Of a stretch of DNA of 64,000 bases, positions 61,719 to 64,000 are shown one piece after another. The DNA comes from Zhongshania sp. (GTDB taxonomy: Bacteria > Pseudomonadota > Gammaproteobacteria > Pseudomonadales > Spongiibacteraceae), in contig NZ_JBLIKC010000018.1 of NCBI RefSeq assembly GCF_047636175.1, positions 14,481-78,480 of the forward strand, written 5' to 3'. How positions within the stretch are numbered: the first letter of the stretch is position 1; every line of letters begins with the position of its first letter. Position numbers and translations under genes: made by a program. The notes beneath the pieces are model-generated. The model did not search any database. It was not told where the DNA came from and saw only the letters and a list, made by a program, of their open reading frames with translations.

Positions 61719-62855
61719 CTAACTACAGAATGCCTCACCCGCCGCAATCCGCTTACCCAGCTTCGCCAAAGTTTTTGCCGAGCTACCCAAAGCAATTTCG
61801 TTATGACGCAACCAAAGACAATAGCGCCAAAGCGGGTAATCTCTATCAATACCGGCACCGCCGTGCAAATGCTGCGCCGCATAGCTAACGCGGTGGCCCA
61901 CATCACCGGCCCATATCTTAGCGATCTGCACTTCGTTGGTGGCGTCCAAACCACCATCTAAGCGGCTAATCGCCTGATAGGTATTCAAACGCAAACATTC
62001 AACGTCAATAAAACAGTTCGCAGCGCGATGCCCCACAGCCTGAAAAGTTGAGATTAATACGCCAAATTGCTTGCGCTCGGCGGTATAAGACGCCGTCATC
62101 CGCATGGCTTTATCGCTGGCGCCAAGCTGATGGGCACACAATGCGACGGTGCTACATTCGGCAATCCATTGCATCGCCGCTTGGCCATCAACGCCAACTG
62201 CCAAAATGTCGGCCGCGTCCACCCGAACATTCTCCAAAGTCAGCACAAACTGCGGCTCATAAGTAGTGACCTGCTGCGCGCTAAGGGTCACACCCTTTGC
62301 CTTCGGGTCGAGCAACACAACAGCAAGACCGTCACTGGTTTTCGCTGCGAGTAGTATTCTATTGGCGATATGTGCAAACGGCACATTGGTTTTCTCACCG
62401 CTAATCACTAGGGTGTCGCCCTCAGTCTTGGCGGTCGTCAGCCACGGCTGAGCCGGATCATCGTTATAGGCTTCGCTTAAGGCGGCGGTTAATAAGGACT
62501 CGCCGCTAGCTACACCAGGCAACCACTGTTGTTTTTGAGCATCACTGCCAAATTTTTGGATCGGTAGCGCCGCTGAAATCAAGTGCGACATTAAAGGCAA
62601 TGGCGCAATGGTGCGACCCGCTTCTTCTAGCAATAGGGCCAACTCAAAAAAACCAAAACCCATGCCACCGTATTCTTCATCTACTGCAACGCCCAGCAGG
62701 CCAGCCTGGGCGAGTTTGTTCCACAAGTCGCGATCAAAACGTTCAGCCTTGTAATCGTCATACTGACTCAATGATTGCGCGCTGACATTGTCATTCAAAA
62801 TATCTCGCGCTAAATTCTGCACGTCACGCTGCTGCTCAGAAAATCCGAAATCCAT
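61719..62855 (-). CDS. fadE27: acyl-CoA dehydrogenase, FadE27/ChsE5-like (beta subunit of an alpha2beta2 enzyme)
   Basis: FQAVGHRAA, GHRVSYAAQHLHGG, NEIALG in place of the usual catalytic motif. Confidence 0.75.
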   Translation of the reverse strand: MDFGFSEQQRDVQNLARDILNDNVSAQSLSQYDDYKAERFDRDLWNKLAQAGLLGVAVDEEYGGMGFGFFELALLLEEAGRTIAPLPLMSHLISAALPIQKFGSDAQKQQWLPGVASGESLLTAALSEAYNDDPAQPWLTTAKTEGDTLVISGEKTNVPFAHIANRILLAAKTSDGLAVVLLDPKAKGVTLSAQQVTTYEPQFVLTLENVRVDAADILAVGVDGQAAMQWIAECSTVALCAHQLGASDKAMRMTASYTAERKQFGVLISTFQAVGHRAANCFIDVECLRLNTYQAISRLDGGLDATNEVQIAKIWAGDVGHRVSYAAQHLHGGAGIDRDYPLWRYCLWLRHNEIALGSSAKTLAKLGKRIAAGEAFCS

Positions 62856-62886
62856 GATCTAATCCTCTATATCGTAGTGCGCAAAA

Positions 62887-64000
62887 TTAACGTGATGCGC
62901 GCGGCATCCATAAACCCGCCGCAGAAATAATATCGCGCTGTATTTCGTTAGTGCCGCCGCCGAAGGTAATAATTGATGCGGTTCGGTATAAACGTTCAAC
63001 TCGCGCGGCAATAGGATTTGCACCGTCGGTTTTACGACTAATCAAGGAGGCCTCCCCAATCACCTCACCCAGCAGGCGATACACTTCTATGAAAAATTCA
63101 GAGCCATAGACTTTGGCCGCAGAAGCATCTGCCATTTCCAAATTGCCCTCGGTCATTGCCCACGCCTGCTTGTAACAAACCAGTTTCAGGGCCTCAACAC
63201 CCGCCCGCACCTTGGCGAGATTAATTTGTACCCAGGGCTCATCAATTAACTTTCCGCCATCCGCCGTGTCCAGCTTCTGCGCCCAGCGAACGATGTTATT
63301 AAACATTTCTGCGGTGGGACCAAAGTTGACCAAGCTTAAACGCTCACGGTTTAGCTGACTGGTAATGAGCTTCCAACCGCCGTGGAGTTCACCCACCATG
63401 TCATCGTCGGCAACCCGAATATTGTCATAGAAGGTCGCATTCGTTCGCACTTCGCCTAGGGTAATAACCGGGCTGCAACTCCAACCGGGATCGCTAGTCG
63501 GCACCATAAACATAGAAATGCCTTTATGGGGTTTAGCGGCGTCAGGATCTGTGCGGCAGGCGAGCCAAACGTAGTCGCAAAAATGCGCCAAGCTAGTCCA
63601 CATCTTCTGGCCGTTAATCAGCCAGCCATCGCCATCTTTAACGGCGCTGGTTTTAAGACTGGCGAGGTCAGTACCCGCACTCGCTTCAGAGTAGCCGATG
63701 GCGATTAAACATTCACCGGCCAGAATTTTTGGCACAATCTCGCGCTTCTGACGCTCATTGCCATGCTCGGCCAACTGTGGCCCCACCGACTCAGTAGTAA
63801 GAAACGGGAAGGGATAGCCTGCCCGCATGACTTCCTCGACAAAAATAAATTGTTCGATGGGACTCATACCACGACCGCCCAGCTCCTTGGGCCAGCCAAC
63901 CCCAATCCATCCGTCCTTGCCCATTTTTTTCAGGGCTTCACGCCATAGCGGGCCACCGCCCTCGCCCATGGCTTCGTCGCATTCCGCTTTCAGGTCTGGG
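62887..64000 (-). CDS. fadE26: acyl-CoA dehydrogenase, FadE26/ChsE4-like; 5' end lies outside the window
   Basis: GYSEASAGTDLA, NGQKMWTSL, QLNRER, ITFGGGTNEIQRDII; frame stays open to the window edge. Confidence 0.8.
   Translation of the reverse strand, partial: PDLKAECDEAMGEGGGPLWREALKKMGKDGWIGVGWPKELGGRGMSPIEQFIFVEEVMRAGYPFPFLTTESVGPQLAEHGNERQKREIVPKILAGECLIAIGYSEASAGTDLASLKTSAVKDGDGWLINGQKMWTSLAHFCDYVWLACRTDPDAAKPHKGISMFMVPTSDPGWSCSPVITLGEVRTNATFYDNIRVADDDMVGELHGGWKLITSQLNRERLSLVNFGPTAEMFNNIVRWAQKLDTADGGKLIDEPWVQINLAKVRAGVEALKLVCYKQAWAMTEGNLEMADASAAKVYGSEFFIEVYRLLGEVIGEASLISRKTDGANPIAARVERLYRTASIITFGGGTNEIQRDIISAAGLWMPRASR

Overview
A 64-kb bacterial chromosomal segment of about 50% GC by eye. 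Gene content suggests a marine gammaproteobacterium such as Cellvibrionales/Spongiibacteraceae; this is an inference, not checked by search. Both ends carry actinobacterial-type steroid side-chain degradation genes: DUF35/Rv3521-ltp4-ltp3-fadD19-echA19-racemase at 0.2-7.4 kb, and a fadE26/fadE27 pair running off the right edge. Between them, in order: TetR plus a CYP136-like P450; a liuR-liuABDE-acetoacetyl-CoA synthetase operon lacking liuC; a DUF1214-sulfotransferase pair; trmH; an AT-rich proteorhodopsin and retinal synthesis cassette (PR-crtE-crtI-crtB-crtY-blh-idi2); ppiC; pycAB with a decayed divergent LysR (pycR) pseudogene that the ORF track mostly misses; YbjQ-YbjQ-M48; a METTL20-like methyltransferase beside a bacterial cereblon (CULT) gene, RluA and two transglutaminase-like genes; a stand-alone molybdopterin oxidoreductase; mprF; a truncated TonB receptor pseudogene; a TonB receptor divergent from a GST-SDR-CoA transferase-HMG-CoA lyase operon; and a CsgG-DUF4810-DUF799 lipoprotein triad. 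No rRNA, tRNA, CRISPR array, integrase or transposase was recognised. Family assignments rest on motifs read in the translations and on remembered reference proteins; no database search was run. The best candidates for undescribed biology are the cereblon neighbourhood, the DUF1214-sulfotransferase pair linked to steroid genes, and the TonB/GST/CoA-transferase/lyase module.
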